A stretch of 64,000 nucleotides of DNA, from contig NMRA01000029.1 in assembly GCA_002633005.1 (NCBI GenBank), positions 1,274,086 to 1,338,085 of the forward strand, in the 5' to 3' direction. Of the stretch, positions 26,716-40,208 are shown one piece after another. Under the pieces are notes generated by a model. The model had not been told where the DNA came from. It ran no database searches and saw only the letters and a list, made by a program, of their open reading frames with translations. A program made the position numbers and the translations under genes. This stretch comes from Phoronis australis (lineage: Eukaryota > Animalia > Phoronida). How positions within the stretch are numbered: position 1 is the stretch's first letter; each line of letters opens with the position of its first letter.

Positions 26716-27807
26716 TTAGTTTCCATTGTCGGAAACTGGAGCTATAGGGCCAATCGGATCGATCGCAATCCTCTTGAGAGGCTCCTCCATAAAAGGCCTT
26801 TCTCCCAAGGGTACCTTGGTCACTCGACCTTTCGGGATTGTCTTCTTGCAGATGCCGCATGATCTGCAGAACGGGTCACTTCTGATGCCACTCCTGGCCA
26901 GTAGAAATTGCTGGTGATACGGCCAGTTGTGTTTCTAACACCGAGGTATCCACCGAGTATGGACTCATGGGCAACTCTTATCAAGCACTTCCGTAAACTG
27001 TTCGGCACGACAATATGTTTCACCTCGTCACCGTCTTTTTTCTTGAACAACCTCCATCACGTATGACCCCTTGTTTTTGGTCTGTCGCTGAACTTTGGCT
27101 TCAGCTTCCTCCCACAACTTTTTCATTGACGAATCTTCATGCTGGGCGTCTTTGAACTGTGTTAGTTCCACCTCTTGTATGGTCGGAGATACAGCTAACG
27201 GCTTGATGTCCGCTTTTTGTCGCTCTACCTGAGCTCTGGTAGTCACTGCTACAGCTTCCCTGCTGCATTCATCGGGATCCGTTCCTACCGACACGTCGGC
27301 CACCTCCTCTCCCTCTAGAGTTGAGGTCACTGGGTTCTTCTCTTGGGAAGTAGTACCCTTGTGAGAGTTATCCTTCTAGAATATTCCACACTATTCTGTA
27401 GTAAATAAACTACATCATCACTGTGCTGACCTCAGCAGTCATGCCAATCAATAACACGAACACAACAATAGAACAAAATAATAAAACTACGAACAGTGCC
27501 AATCCACTCCTGACATGCCCCTGACATCCCAGTCAAGCATAAATCGTGAAAAATGCACATTTTTGTACATGGAAATTCAGTTTCTCGCCATTGGCTATCA
27601 TGTTGCCGCATTAGGTTGATATCGATTTGTTTAGTGAAGGTATGAATATAATATGTTGGCAATGTGTTATTACATACCTCAAGTTTTAGATTGCATACTC
27701 CTTTCCAAACAGGTGATCGCTGAAAGCATAGATTGACGTCTTTTGAGGTTGACAAATGACATACATGTATCACTGAATGCCTAAGGTATACTATACGTTG
27801 AACATTT
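26716..27807. repeat. Near-identical second copy of 25092..26184, including the Gypsy fragment
   Basis: Colinear match from ttagtttccattgtcgg to acgttgaacattt, with scattered substitutions and small indels. Confidence 0.92.
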
Positions 27808-27951
27808 GAAATTTTGATATACACAACTTTCCATTTGCACTGTGTCTGTTTCACATTGTATGATTGTGAGACGTGTGGCTTCAATGGCGACGTTGTTCTT
27901 CTCCGAAGATGCAGCTGTTCATAGCCTTGCTTGAACCTTTTGGCATTATAG

Positions 27952-28218
27952 ATCTCGATACTATCAAGGAACTCAAATTCACAAGTCGGACATCATCGTC
28001 ACTCTCTGTATCATGGGGTCACGCTGACGGAATGAAAGAGGGATACAATGTCACTTGTGATTCAATACAAGGCGATACGACGTCCACTCAATTTTTATTG
28101 ACTACTGCACTGAGTGCGGAGTTTACCAATCTGCCTCCAGCTACAGAGCACGTAGTTACTGTGGCAACTATGCTTAAAGGCTGGACTGAAGTGTTCAAAT
28201 CTGTGACTGCAAAAACCC
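27952..28218 (+). CDS. Gene A exon: FN3 domain #6
   Basis: Acceptor attatAG|AT and donor ACCC|GTATGT; phase 1-1, 267 nt. Peptide SSLSVSWGHADGMKEGYNVTC..EFTNLPPATEHVVTV. Confidence 0.88.
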
Positions 28219-28496
28219 GTATGTGTACGTGATGCTCTATATTCTATCTTTCACGTCCTACACAGAATGTGCAAACGGTAGGGTCTTTATTCAATAGAAG
28301 TTGTTCTACACAAATACATTGTTGTTGTTACTGAATGTTAATTAATCTTCAAAACCTTGAACCTTTGCTTGTAAGAATGTTCCATAAGTGCAAATGCGGA
28401 ACGAGCAGTGATGTTCGAAGATAGCATCAAATGTATAGGCCATGAACACCATTCCCTCCAGAAATTTTTAACGTCATCACGCCTGGTCTCTTACAG

Positions 28497-31400
28497 TGGT
28501 CACACTCCCGATGGCAAGGACAACTTCATCAATGTCTACCGTCGCTGAGGAGCCTACTTCGAAAAGAGCTGTCCAAAACTCGTCTATGTGCCAAAAACAT
28601 AAGGGCATTCGACTGTGCCCCAGCGTCGAAGTGATTTGCGTGAGAAACTGTATGAACACGCGTAGGGAATTCATACGGGAAGACCGCACAACGCAACTAG
28701 TGGCATCTTGTAACAATTGCGTTCATTATAAGATTATATCATATGACTGGCAGGTTAGTTTTGGTCGTGCTAAAGCCAGCCCATTCAACACCCTGAATCT
28801 AAACGATGGGGAAAGAAGTAACCCTGTCCTTGAACTAATGCCCGGAATCCTGAAGTCTGACTACGTGTATACATTTTCGGTAAATGTTCTGGTTGGAGAC
28901 ATAAAAGTTTCAAATTACTACTCTGCAGTAGCCAGGAACGCGAAACTCATGGCAGGAGAATGTATCATAAAGCCAGGAAAAGGCAATGAGATCTTCATAG
29001 ACTTTGTTATAACTTGTACACGTTTCAAATCTAACTCTGATGGAGAATCGGAGCTTCAGTACATTTTTTATTCCGCCAATGACCTAACTAATGACGACCA
29101 AGTGATGTTTATAGGAGAATCGAGAAAACCGAGTTTTAGTGGGAAGTTCCCATTCACAGCAGGGACTCGGAACTACGTCAGAGTTGTTGCGAAGGACTCT
29201 CATGGTAGCCGAGTCGTTAAAGACACTGACTTCCCCCTCCCTAAAATCAAGAATGAATTTGATTTCGCAAAATTTTTGGTAGACCTGATTAAACCTAATG
29301 GAAACTCTTTGAAAAAACTGGAAAAACTTCTCTCAGCCGGTAATGTAACAGAAGTTGCGCAAGTAATCGACTACAGTAGCTGGTTTTTGAACTTAGATTC
29401 ACATCTGATTAGTGAATTTGAGCGAAACAGAATTCGCGATTACCTCATTGAGACGCTGGACAAACTACCAGTTTCCACCCTTCCGAGAGAACATGCTACA
29501 TCGGCTCTTTGGAAATTAACATCTGCCTCGCAAATTTCCAAGGATTCAGGTGCGACAGCGGCCAAAGTGTTAAATAAACTAGTTAGTTCTTTCAAGAAAA
29601 CGAAAGCCGTTGATGTTGAGAGAGAAGAATCAGAATACAAATCCAGGGATTTCCTTCAGATTGCAGGTAACATAGTAGAAGGGGCTCAGAGAGCGTTACG
29701 TGTCGTCGGAAATAAACATATCGACGCTCAAGATAGCAGGAAATTTGCTAAAGCAATGTTAAAAGCAGTAGACAACATTGCGACCACTTTTCTCAAGGAA
29801 AAAATGCCCGGGGAGACACCAACCCGGGTGGTTACACAGTGTGTTGGAATACACATGGATTTGAAAAAAGCTGCTTATATTGGAAATAATGTGAGCTTCG
29901 ATAGCGGAACACTGCAAATAGCCGGCGGCAATGCAATGATCATCGAGCAGTATGGTGGGGAGTTCGAAGTGGCGACAAAGTCAGTGTGGTTCCGGGAAAA
30001 CCCGTTCACGTTGCCTTCGACGTCTAGCAATTTGACTACTGGCATCTTATCCGTGCAATACATTAGCGCCTCAAGCATGACTGAATTACACTTGAAATCA
30101 AGAAACAAAAACGACTCTCTCATCGAATATGAACACGATTTACACGTGGAAGAGAACAGTGCAATGTCACGTATTAATTATTCCATTCGGGCGGCCTGCA
30201 AGAAACTCAGCGAGAGAAATCCATGGGAAATAATCAAAACAAGACTGAAGATTGAAAGAGGGGGTATTATTCGATTACGTTTTCTTAATGTAAAAGAGAT
30301 AAGCTTTAACGTCCACATTGTTGCAAAACAAGATGATGAATTTGAAATTGTGAACAAGACTCTAAAGAAAAGCGACAACTTTACCGTTTCAATATTCAGC
30401 AAGAACATCAGTCATGCTAAACATGATGATAACGACGAATACGAATCATTCTCATTGCAAATACTCCCAATTTATGACAACTCCGATTCTCGATGCCAAG
30501 AAATAAAAGATGTAACGACTGTTGGTGCCAGCGATCAAATGGTTTCGATTGACGTTGAAGTATGGTCGCTCACTTGCCTATACTGGGACGACAGAATCGA
30601 CGATTGGAGCAGTGATGGGTGCAAGCCTTCCCAAAAAACTACAACCAAAACGTTAATCTGTGTCTGCAATCACCTAACTGTATTTTCAGGGCGTCTCTTA
30701 AGAATGCCCAACGTGCTGTATTTTGAAAAGACATTGGCGCTCTTTACCACAATAGATAAAAATCCAGTGACGCTTATAGTAGTGTGCTTTGTTTGGGCTA
30801 TGTACCTCTTGACTGTACCTTTTGCAAGGTATTTAGACAAAAAATGCGAGAAAATAGTTTTCGTTTCTTTCCTTGAAGATAATGAACCATCTGACACTTA
30901 TGCTTATTTGGTAATTCTGCTCACAGGTTGGCAAAAGGAATCTCAAACCACTGCTAATGTTTACATTACGCTAGTTGGGCATAGAGGTGTCGGTATGGCG
31001 CATCATTTGACAAGAAACGGAAGCCAATTTATCCCCCGTGGAACGGAAAGCGCCTATATACTCATGAACAGCAAACCACTCGGATCTTTGATAAAAGTTC
31101 GCATCTGGCATGACAACAGTGGCAACTCGCCGATGTGGTATTTGCACCAGATCTTTGTAAAGGATCTCCAGACGAGGGAGGTGTGGTACTTCCTCTGCAA
31201 CAACTGGCTGGCATCCGACAGAGGTGATGCTGCAACGATGCGTGAACTTTCTGTGGCAACAGACGAGGAGATGACGCGATTCAAGAATATTTATCCTGTG
31301 CACATGAGACGCGGAATTCACGATGATCATCTGTGGTACAGCGTTTTCAGTAGACCGCCAGAAAGTCACTTCACTAGCGTGCAACGGTTGTCTTGCGCAT

Positions 31401-32215
31401 TTATGCTTATGTTTACTACCATGGCGGCAGACATAATTTTCTTTCAGTTGCCCAGCGAGTTAGTTGAAGACGCCAACGACATCTCATGGCAGGAGCTTTT
31501 GACCAAATGGTGGCTCGTGTTGCTTGGTTTCAACACAAATGTTGTAGTACTGCCCGTGGACATTGCCATGATCTCAATGTTTCGGTGCATCAAACCAAGG
31601 CATAGTAGCATTCGTTTCCTCGAAATACCTTACAATAATGACACTACAGAGTTTGTGGACGACCTGACGACAAGTGAAAACGTGAGTGAAAACCGAACGC
31701 TGGCTGAGACATCCGTGATATCAGACTTCAGTTCTTCGAGCGCGAGAACGACTGACGTCAATGTAAATTTAAATAATAATCCAGATACCACCACAGGATG
31801 TGACGATGGAATTGACCACACCAGTCACGAATCTTCTAATAGAGTAGACACACCGACAAACTCCACGGATGTAACAAGTGGGAACAGAAATGTTCAGTGG
31901 AAAATGACAGAGCCCCAAATACATCAAGGACCTGGGACAATAGCGCGAGAGAAATGCTTAAACTGTGGTTTACCATGGTGGACGATCTTTATTGCATGGG
32001 GCTTGCTTTGCACAATATGTGTTGCGTCTACTTTCTTTACAATTCTATACGGGCTTCAGTACGGCTATAGAATAAGCTTAGAGTGGCTAACAGCGTTTAT
32101 TTTAGGTCTCTTCTTCAGTGTATTTTGCATAGAACCGATGAAAACATTTTTGGTTATTCTGGGGATGACACTGTTGTTTAGGAAGCCAGTGGCTTTCTCC
32201 AATCGATCACTCTAA
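28497..32215 (+). CDS. Gene A terminal exon: polycystin-1/PKDREJ-like core (S/T linker, partial REJ, GAIN/GPS, TM1, PLAT, TM2-5); no channel domain
   Basis: Phase-1 acceptor tctcttacAG at 28495-96, open 3.7 kb. REJ-type GECIIKPGKG..FVITC; GPS CLYW..WSSDGC..CVCNHLTVF; TM1 VTLIVVCFVWAMYLLTVPFA; PLAT YLVILLTGW..TTANVYITLVG..VRIWHDNSGNSPMWYL..FLCNNWLA; polycystin motif HLWYSVFSRPPESHFTSVQRLSC; TM4 LPWW.. and TM5 ..EPMK. Confidence 0.93.
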
Positions 32216-32219
32216 TAAA
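32214..32219 (+). promoter_or_regulatory. Candidate polyadenylation signal overlapping the gene A stop codon
   Basis: tAATAAA spans the TAA stop. Further AATAAA copies occur at 32375 and 32385, inside the adjacent transposon. Confidence 0.4.
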
Positions 32220-32338
32220 TCATGCTACAGTGCTTGCAAAAAATTTATTTTATGTTAAAAGGAAACGTATATGCAATAATTATTAAAGCTGCCATCGTTT
32301 CGCCCTGAGTACATGGCTTAAAACGACAGTCAAATTAA

Positions 32339-34669
32339 GGTGGGACACTACACTGATTTTTCAAATTTTCGTTAAATAAAAACCAATAAAGATAATTCTT
32401 TGAAATTTGGACTGTGTTTACATTCTACCAAGATGAGCTTGAAAACACATTTTGGTGTTGTTGTGATAAATGGGGTCAAGACTAGGAGTGAAAAGCTGAA
32501 AATTAAACTTCGCAATTTGCCCCTACCAGATTTATTTTTTCTTTTTCGTTTTTTAACATGTTCAGAGGTTTATTATGTTGTTAAAAGGCTTTTCAACACA
32601 ATAGTGACATTTTCATCAATGAAAACAATTTTCAACAAGTTTCTGAGAGTTGCAAAATTCATCAAATTTTTTTCAGAACCCGGTTATCTCCACAAATCAT
32701 GACAAAACTCAAAAACTATAGATATTACAAACTTCTAACGTGCACCATTGTATTCAGTAGCCTGTTTTACATACACATGCCAAGTTTCAAGAGCATAGGG
32801 GGTGTATAACCTATTTTTCTCGTGGGGGCAAGTTGAAGACTTACGATAAAAACGGCGTTCTGCGAACTCGCAAGTTACAAAAAAATAACAACATTGTAAC
32901 GTCATGGTTAACTTTCACTTTATTTACAGGTGTGTTTATGCTTAGTAATTCTTGAAACAATTATCCAACAGTCTGACACTACATTCAGAATCCTCCAGGG
33001 ACATATGAAATACATTCCCTGGCCTGCTGATTAGTCCTCGAAGCCCGCTTGGCTTTATCGATTTCTTCTCGCCATGTCATTGACTTGTCCGTCACTTTCT
33101 ATTTGAGTTTAGTAACTCTAAGTACATTGCTACTGTCAACATAGTCCTCCTCCAGCAACCACATCACTTTATTTCAAAAAACTTTCCAAGCTTCAGAGAC
33201 GACATCCCATAGGCTACAGTGCCTCACGACAAACAGGACAGTGTGAGATGTGACGCACTTCCCACCCGCTGGGTGTCCTCATCCATAACTGACAACTGTA
33301 AAAATTTGGAAAATTGAAATGTAAAATTGTTGAATATTATGTTAAACAGTTATCAATGCTAACTGGAGAAATAATTGGTATCATGGTTTTCGCAACACCC
33401 AGAAGCATTGACAACTGTCATTAACGTACTAATGGAACGTAAAGCTTTGAAGAATACAAACCGGATAAAACACTATCTAAGGAACATGAATCAGTTTGAA
33501 ATTGTATTGCTATTATATCACAGGCCTTCAGTTGACTTTTTTACATCCAATAAGAAGCAGTAAAATGGGTTATTAATATACTGAATCGAACACGTGTCAA
33601 AGCTGGAGGAACGTGTAGTAGACTTGGATTTCTCCACCAAGACTAGTTACTGACTGCAACGATAATGTACAACATCTAAAACAAAACAACACAACCAACA
33701 GAAGCAGCTGCTTACGTGTGTTGTGTCATTGGGGAGCAGTATTTGAAACCGGCAACTTACCTTAGGCATATTTCTATGCTTGCATCTTGAACAATCAGCC
33801 TCATGCACTCAATTCGCCTAACTTCACCAGGAGATTTTCAACAGCTGCATGGTCTGTAGTTTTATCGGCACTGATTTCCTGTTTTTACCGAGTCGTCCTC
33901 AAAAACACTCAGTTTTCGTTTGGACGCAGAGTCTTTCGTCGGTAAGCTACATCGACGAGTGTTTCAAATGGTCTGACCTGAAGTTGTCGCCGATATGATT
34001 TGGCCACCAAAAGTTTATTTGCTCCAAAACTTCCTTTTTTACGGCATGGTTTACATTTCCCATAACCATGGGATGCTTTCAACTTCGTTTCAGTCTCTTT
34101 TGAAGTCATAATCCAACAGTATTTCAAAAAACATCCGATAAAAAATACCGATTGAGATCGAAAAACAGCTGCAAAATGGCGCTTGTTACTATGCTGTTTC
34201 CATGATCAGAAATAGCCGAAGTTACCCACGTGACTCGCTCGTCCAATTAAAATGCTAGAAAGCGACGTCATTGCCTATGAATATCCGTTAGCCAATCAAA
34301 ATGATGAAAAAAGTTTATTTTTAGCAGCAGTTCCTGGAAAGTACACAAGTATTATGAATGAACCTAAGGGGAATTCTGAAAATAGAGGACATGACCTTTC
34401 TAACAGCGTACAACATGGCGGTGTCGGAGGTCTGGAACTGCCGTGGACAAGCTGTTGTTTTGTACAAAATTAGGAGACTAAATGCGTTCAAACCAAAATT
34501 TTTTGGAAGGGTACGTTTGAAAAACCGAGGAATTCAATAAAAAAGGTTAGTTTTACCACTTGTTGGACTACAGAATATTGATTTAGGATGATTATAAGGA
34601 TCGAAAATGAGAAAATCTCAACTGTCAAAATAACATCAAAAATGGTAAAATCGTTTGTAGCGTCCCACC
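32339..34669 (-). mobile_element. Kolobok-like DNA transposon relic
   Basis: ttaa-GGTGGGACACTACACTGATTTT at the left end pairs with the reverse complement GGTGGGACGCTACAAACGATTTT at the right end, followed by taa. Purine-purine termini at a TTAA site. Weak minus-strand peptide MDEDTQRVGSASHLTLSC near 33240-33290. Confidence 0.65.
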
Positions 34670-36021
34670 TAATTTCAATTTAATTACAACGGTCTCATAA
34701 TAAGACCACAAAGCTGCGTATTTGAGTATGCATTGCTGTGACTTGATTTGTTCACTCATTTGTTGATATCTGTAGGGATAGTTTATATGAAACTTCAAAA
34801 TTATCCGCTGTATAATTTGACTGTTCAATGACGTCACGGTAAATTGTTCAACAGTAACAATGTGGGGCGTGATAATGCAACGTCGTAGTTGCTGTGATGC
34901 CTATAACTTTCATGCTTCTGGGCCTGATGACCGTGGCACTGTTTTAACATTCCAAAAACGCTTCAGTTAAGAGTTCGGCAGTGAAAGCTAAACAACGACG
35001 AAATGCAGCTTTAACAAAATTTACAAGTTGTTACAAGTTGGCTGTACCATCGTGTTTGTATATGCCCATTTAGTACTTTGGTTTTCTCTTAGATGCAAAA
35101 TGCACGCATCGATATATTTTTCTTTCTAAAGCTGCATTTTCACGAGCATCTTGAACATGTTTAAGCTTGGGCGTTTTAAAATCATCGTATCAGAAAAAGC
35201 TTAAAAGGTGGTAGTCAGTAAACCAACCCTTAAACAAGGTTGGAGTCTTTACAATAAAAGTGTAGAATATCACACTCGAATTGCGTATTAAATATTAAAC
35301 TTTATACCACATTATCAGCCAAACATGGCCAATGCAAACGTTGAATAACCCATTTAACGCGTATTGAATTTTGGCGGGAAACGGAGGTCGGTTCCAAATC
35401 CGTTTCGTTTTTTAGAGTTTCCAGCAGTGCACTTGACTAATGCTCTATACAGCAACTGGCGTCATCGTACTTGAAAATAGACTACCTAAACGAGGACGCA
35501 CAATAATCGCATATTCAACAAATGATAATTTACTGACATTTTTACGTTGTAAAAATAACATACACATTTTCAATAAAAACGACATTTTTAATTCAGGAAA
35601 ATTTAGCAGACTTGTAAATCGTCGATCTCCAGTTAAAATGCAGGTAAAATGTCGCCGAGATCCTTTGACTTGTGCATTATGCTCAGAAACCAGTGGTAAC
35701 CTATTTTAACAACCGATATTTTCACGGTGGAAGCTTAGCACGACAAGATGCATAGTAAGCGAGACTAGTTGCTTAAATCTTATTTTATGGATTCACTTTA
35801 TTTCTATTTTATTTATTAAATTTCCAATTGGTTCTTAGTAAAAGCATTATTTGAACAAAAAGAACTCGGCGTTTCTTAAAAGGTCACGACCTCCGATTCT
35901 GGGGCTCTGGCATAGAGAGCAGTTACAAGGCTGAGTTGAGTCGAGAAAGGTTCATGTACATGTAGATCGATTCATTGCAATGTTTATCGTTCAGTAACCA
36001 GTGTGTGTTATGAATTGATTA

Positions 36022-36260
36022 TTAGACGTTTCAGTCCTTATCCCTAACGTCCCCGGGCGATAATTCTCCAAAATTCACTTGATCTCTAGATTACGGATGA
36101 TAACGACTTCCCTCATAAAATAGATATAGATTATTACATGGCGATGTCGTTATCTCCAGTAATCTACTGTAGAGCCCAAGGGACGTTGGCCCCCGAGTTC
36201 GATAATGCTACTAAATCCCCTCAGGCTTTAGATAAGGGGGTAATGACTGAGAACACGTCA
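36022..36260. mobile_element. Palindromic MITE-like element
   Basis: gacgtttcagtccttatccc pairs with ggggtaatgactgagaacacgtc. Inner arms tagattacggatgataacgac and gtcgttatctccagtaatcta. Confidence 0.55.
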
Positions 36261-39200
36261 TTATCTATATCATATACTGCCTAAATTTTGACATAAAGAT
36301 AAAGTTTTGCTTGTTTAATTTTGAGAATCATACACACGACATATTTTCACAACTTGCTTTTATGAAACATAAGTTATACATACAAAATTTTCAAATATGA
36401 ATATTCAGCAGCATTGGATTGAATATCTGCAATCGGGATGGAGTTTGAACCCGTATGGTAGGTGCTAACCTTTCCGTTTTGAGATGTGAATCGCATTTTA
36501 CTTGGAGTTTTAACTAATTATAAAAATCCGCATTCCGATGATTTTCTGAAAACTCCGTACTTTCAAGCTAACAAAATCCCCATTTTATTGTCTTCAAAAT
36601 CATGGAAAATTGGGTGACATTGATTTTTTATTCCGACACATTCAGCACTTCTTATTGGATGCTGCGCGTGTTTGTTTTGGAAACTGTCATTCAAATTATC
36701 ATGTTCTAAGTAACCAATCAGAGAAATCCAAGAGAAGCCCACGTGCGGCGACCATGGTATTTGTAAAAAAATGTTGGATGGAATGAAAGTGAGGTTTACA
36801 AACGATGTAATTGAACACAGTTATTCCATATTTTAGACCATCTTTAATGGTTCTTTCTGTGAATTGATAAAACGTTATTTGCCTACGATTTTTGCCGTCA
36901 GTTGGCGTCACCAGTTCCCTGCATCTATCATTTGTTGCAGCAATGGCTGACTAAACAAAGACAAGGAAATGTCGTTTTAGGCAACTTCATTACCCTGAAT
37001 TACGAGGCGAATTTTCTAAAGAAAGCCAAAGGCGCTACATATTTGGAACTAAAATGACCATGTGATGCCGATTGAGTTTTGGAAGTTTCTTTGAAAGGAG
37101 TTGACAGCGTGTAAAGGACTTGACTGTCTAATCCCATGTAGTGTTTTAACATTAAAAACTTAAAAGTTGTGCTACGATTGAAGGGACATGCACATTCCTC
37201 TTACAGGGAGTAAGTGGAATTATTTACGTTTGCTTTTTAATTCGTTCAACGTTGCAACATAAGGTATGCAACTCACTGTATTTGATTCATTGTTCCTGTC
37301 AATACACTATGATCCGCATTTTTACATAAAAATCTACCAAACAACATGTACTTAAATCAATTAGGGCTTGGCACCTCTGGGCCATTAGACATAGGGCTCC
37401 TGTTTATCATATTTTATTATAGATGCAGATAAGTTACCCCACCATAACATGTATGCAAACTTGCTTTTCGGAATAGAAAATTGGTGAAGATAAAGAATGC
37501 TTATTTTTATTTTTTTGTCACCATCTTGAGTTTATGTTTTAACATTTAAAAATACTCGTCAGATTTGAATGTTAGTGATAGCAGTGGGTTGCTCTCTCTT
37601 CAGAATCACGGACTTAACAACATCATGTTTATCGTACTCATTGAAGTAGTTCAAGAATTTAATGAATTCAAAATGACTAATGGGGCCATTTTCAATATGA
37701 TCTTGTGTTATCCCATTTCCAATCGGTCAGATTTCGAATGACTTTTTTAATAATCAATGTGTCCAGTGTGTGACTACAAACCGTTTGTTGCAATACCCGT
37801 GGCCAGGTAGATCCTAAATTGACAACGTTAAAACTCCATCCAGGTTCACAAAACCACGAGAAAACGACCTTTATTTTGGAATGGAAACCGTTTCAATTCT
37901 AGATAAATCCCGAAAAATAAATATAGGAAATGCCCCTTCCGCATTGTCAAAATCGTATTGCGCAAGTCCATTACATAAATAATAATTTTTATTATTCGAT
38001 TTCTGTTGTATACCCGTTTACAATATTCTCCATGAAACATTGAGATACCATTTTAGTTTACAATTTGATTTTTCAAACTGTATTCACTGAAGAAATTACA
38101 TATTTGTAGGTTACTGGCACTCTCCCAAATACACTGTAGAGTTGGACCAGCCATTCACTGAGGAGCAGACGAGACCATTATAATTTGCCAGGAACGACAT
38201 GTGGAACGTTGATAGGTCTTTCATTTGATCTGACAGTGTTGGTTTTTACAGTTTTTGGTTTTCAAAGTTACCGAATCGACTCTCTTAAATGGAAAAAATC
38301 AGGGAAAAGCCAGCCGAGCTCACGGCCCGACTTGTTGGCCCTGCGAGTCAGCGCTTGTTCTGTGTTCAGATCGAGTCGAACTTTTGTAGACTGGGTCGAG
38401 GGGGTCGTGGGTCAAGGAGGTCGTGGAGTGTGAGGGTCGAGCGAGTTTGAGGACAATCCGTTTTTAGCAAATCAGCATTACTACAGAGGTATGTTAACAA
38501 ACAGTGTTTAGAAATAGAAGATCACTTGCAAAAGCATAATAATGTAAATAACATTGATAAAACTAAGTTCATGTTCCTTAACGTTACTAAACTGTAGCAT
38601 GCTGAGAAGTCCGCAGTGATAGCCTTTTTCGATACAGTAATTCAGACATACACGCCGTCATGTCGCACAGATAAATCGTGTCAAGGATTTATGAATTTTC
38701 GATGCAGTCCTACGATCAAGTAAGACTCCGGTATGCATGTATATTGCAGCATAAACTGGGAAAATGTCAACTTGTATTTTCATTTTTACTGTTACAACCC
38801 TGCGAACTAGTTTAAACGACGGCGTACAGTGTATGTATCGTAATTGTCTGTTTTAATTCATCATGATACCAGTTGTCATCAACGTATATTTGCTTTGCCA
38901 GTTTGGATATGGCTTTGATGCTTTAAGGAAGATTTCAGTTTAAGTGTCATTACTTCAACCTTTGAAATGTTATCCTTGTGAGGGTGTGATAATAAATGTA
39001 AATTTGGTTTTCAAAAATTGAGTTTTTACAGCAACTTCATCAAAAGGACCGACCGGAGGCACCGAAATATTAATACCCTGGATTCCGAGTGGCTAAACGT
39101 GGTCTTGCCATACTTTGTATGCATCTTAATCATCTCGTTTCCATGGCTCTTATAGGGTAAGTGTTAATGAATTGATTTGACCACATCGAAAAAAAACTTT

Positions 39201-40208
39201 GATTTGTCTCCCCCTGTTTAAAGTAGACTCAGCGGTGTGCAGAAGTATACAAAAACATAAGAGACGCAAAGAAAAGACGCATTCAGTGAGATATGGCCAG
39301 GTAAGTGAAGGTACGTTTTCTCACAGATAAAGCTAAATAACAGGTTAACTATACATGTAAATGTGCCCAAAAGGACTCGATGTCGTTTACAAATACATAT
39401 TTGAATGTAAGATACGATAACCTCACAAAAATTCTGTTTACAGTCCACAACCGCAGATCCTCAGCTATGTAGGCATTTTCTATTGCAGCATAAGAGCACA
39501 TCAAATCACATGCTTTTGTGTGTCTTTTAGAATGCATTTTCAGTAATATAAACCAATACATTCTGCGATTAACACACCATTTTATGAACAAAGACAGTGG
39601 TCACGTCCACTTACCCCGACTGAATTGGATCTGGTACATACCTCACCCATGATAATTTTGCGAAATGTATTCTGGACACTTTCAATCCATTCATTTATTG
39701 AATTCCCGAGCCACTGCCCAATATCGTAGATTCGTATATAAGATCTTGTCAAGTAAATCACATTACAAATAGAAGTACAGGGCCGTAGGAATCGGGGGGC
39801 CGGGGGCACGTCCCCCAAAATTTGTAGGCGTCATGGTTAAACCGTGGCAACCGACATAGGCGTGGGGACGCGGACAGTCGAGAAAAGACTGAGAATACGG
39901 ATTAAGAGAGAAAATTCAAGAGAACATTTAACAACTCAGTATCAGTGCATGGCTACACTTCGAGGGCCCTGGCCAGAATATTGTTGTTAGGGTCTCTGTT
40001 TTTGCAGCACTTGAAAACGTGCACTTAATGATCCGTATTATGTATTTCGAAAAATCGAGAACATTTGAAATTCAATAACACAATCTTGCGAAAGCATAAC
40101 TATATTTTTCCAAAGGCTCCTACGGACAACGGAGACGACTGCCGTTCTATTTTTTTCTCGAAATTGTATATCACTTGAGAAAAATTGAAGACCTGACAGA
40201 AAACATCA

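Noticed and set aside
29440-31821. Minus-strand ORFs inside the gene A terminal exon, and plus-strand ORFs at 48113-50564 inside gene B
   Set aside because: These are antisense shadows of the real coding exons with no independent motifs.
31630-31930. Acidic Ser/Thr-rich stretch as a novel insertion (also ~48080-48460 in gene B)
   Set aside because: It corresponds to the ordinary long, poorly conserved TM3-TM4 cytosolic loop of polycystin-1 proteins.
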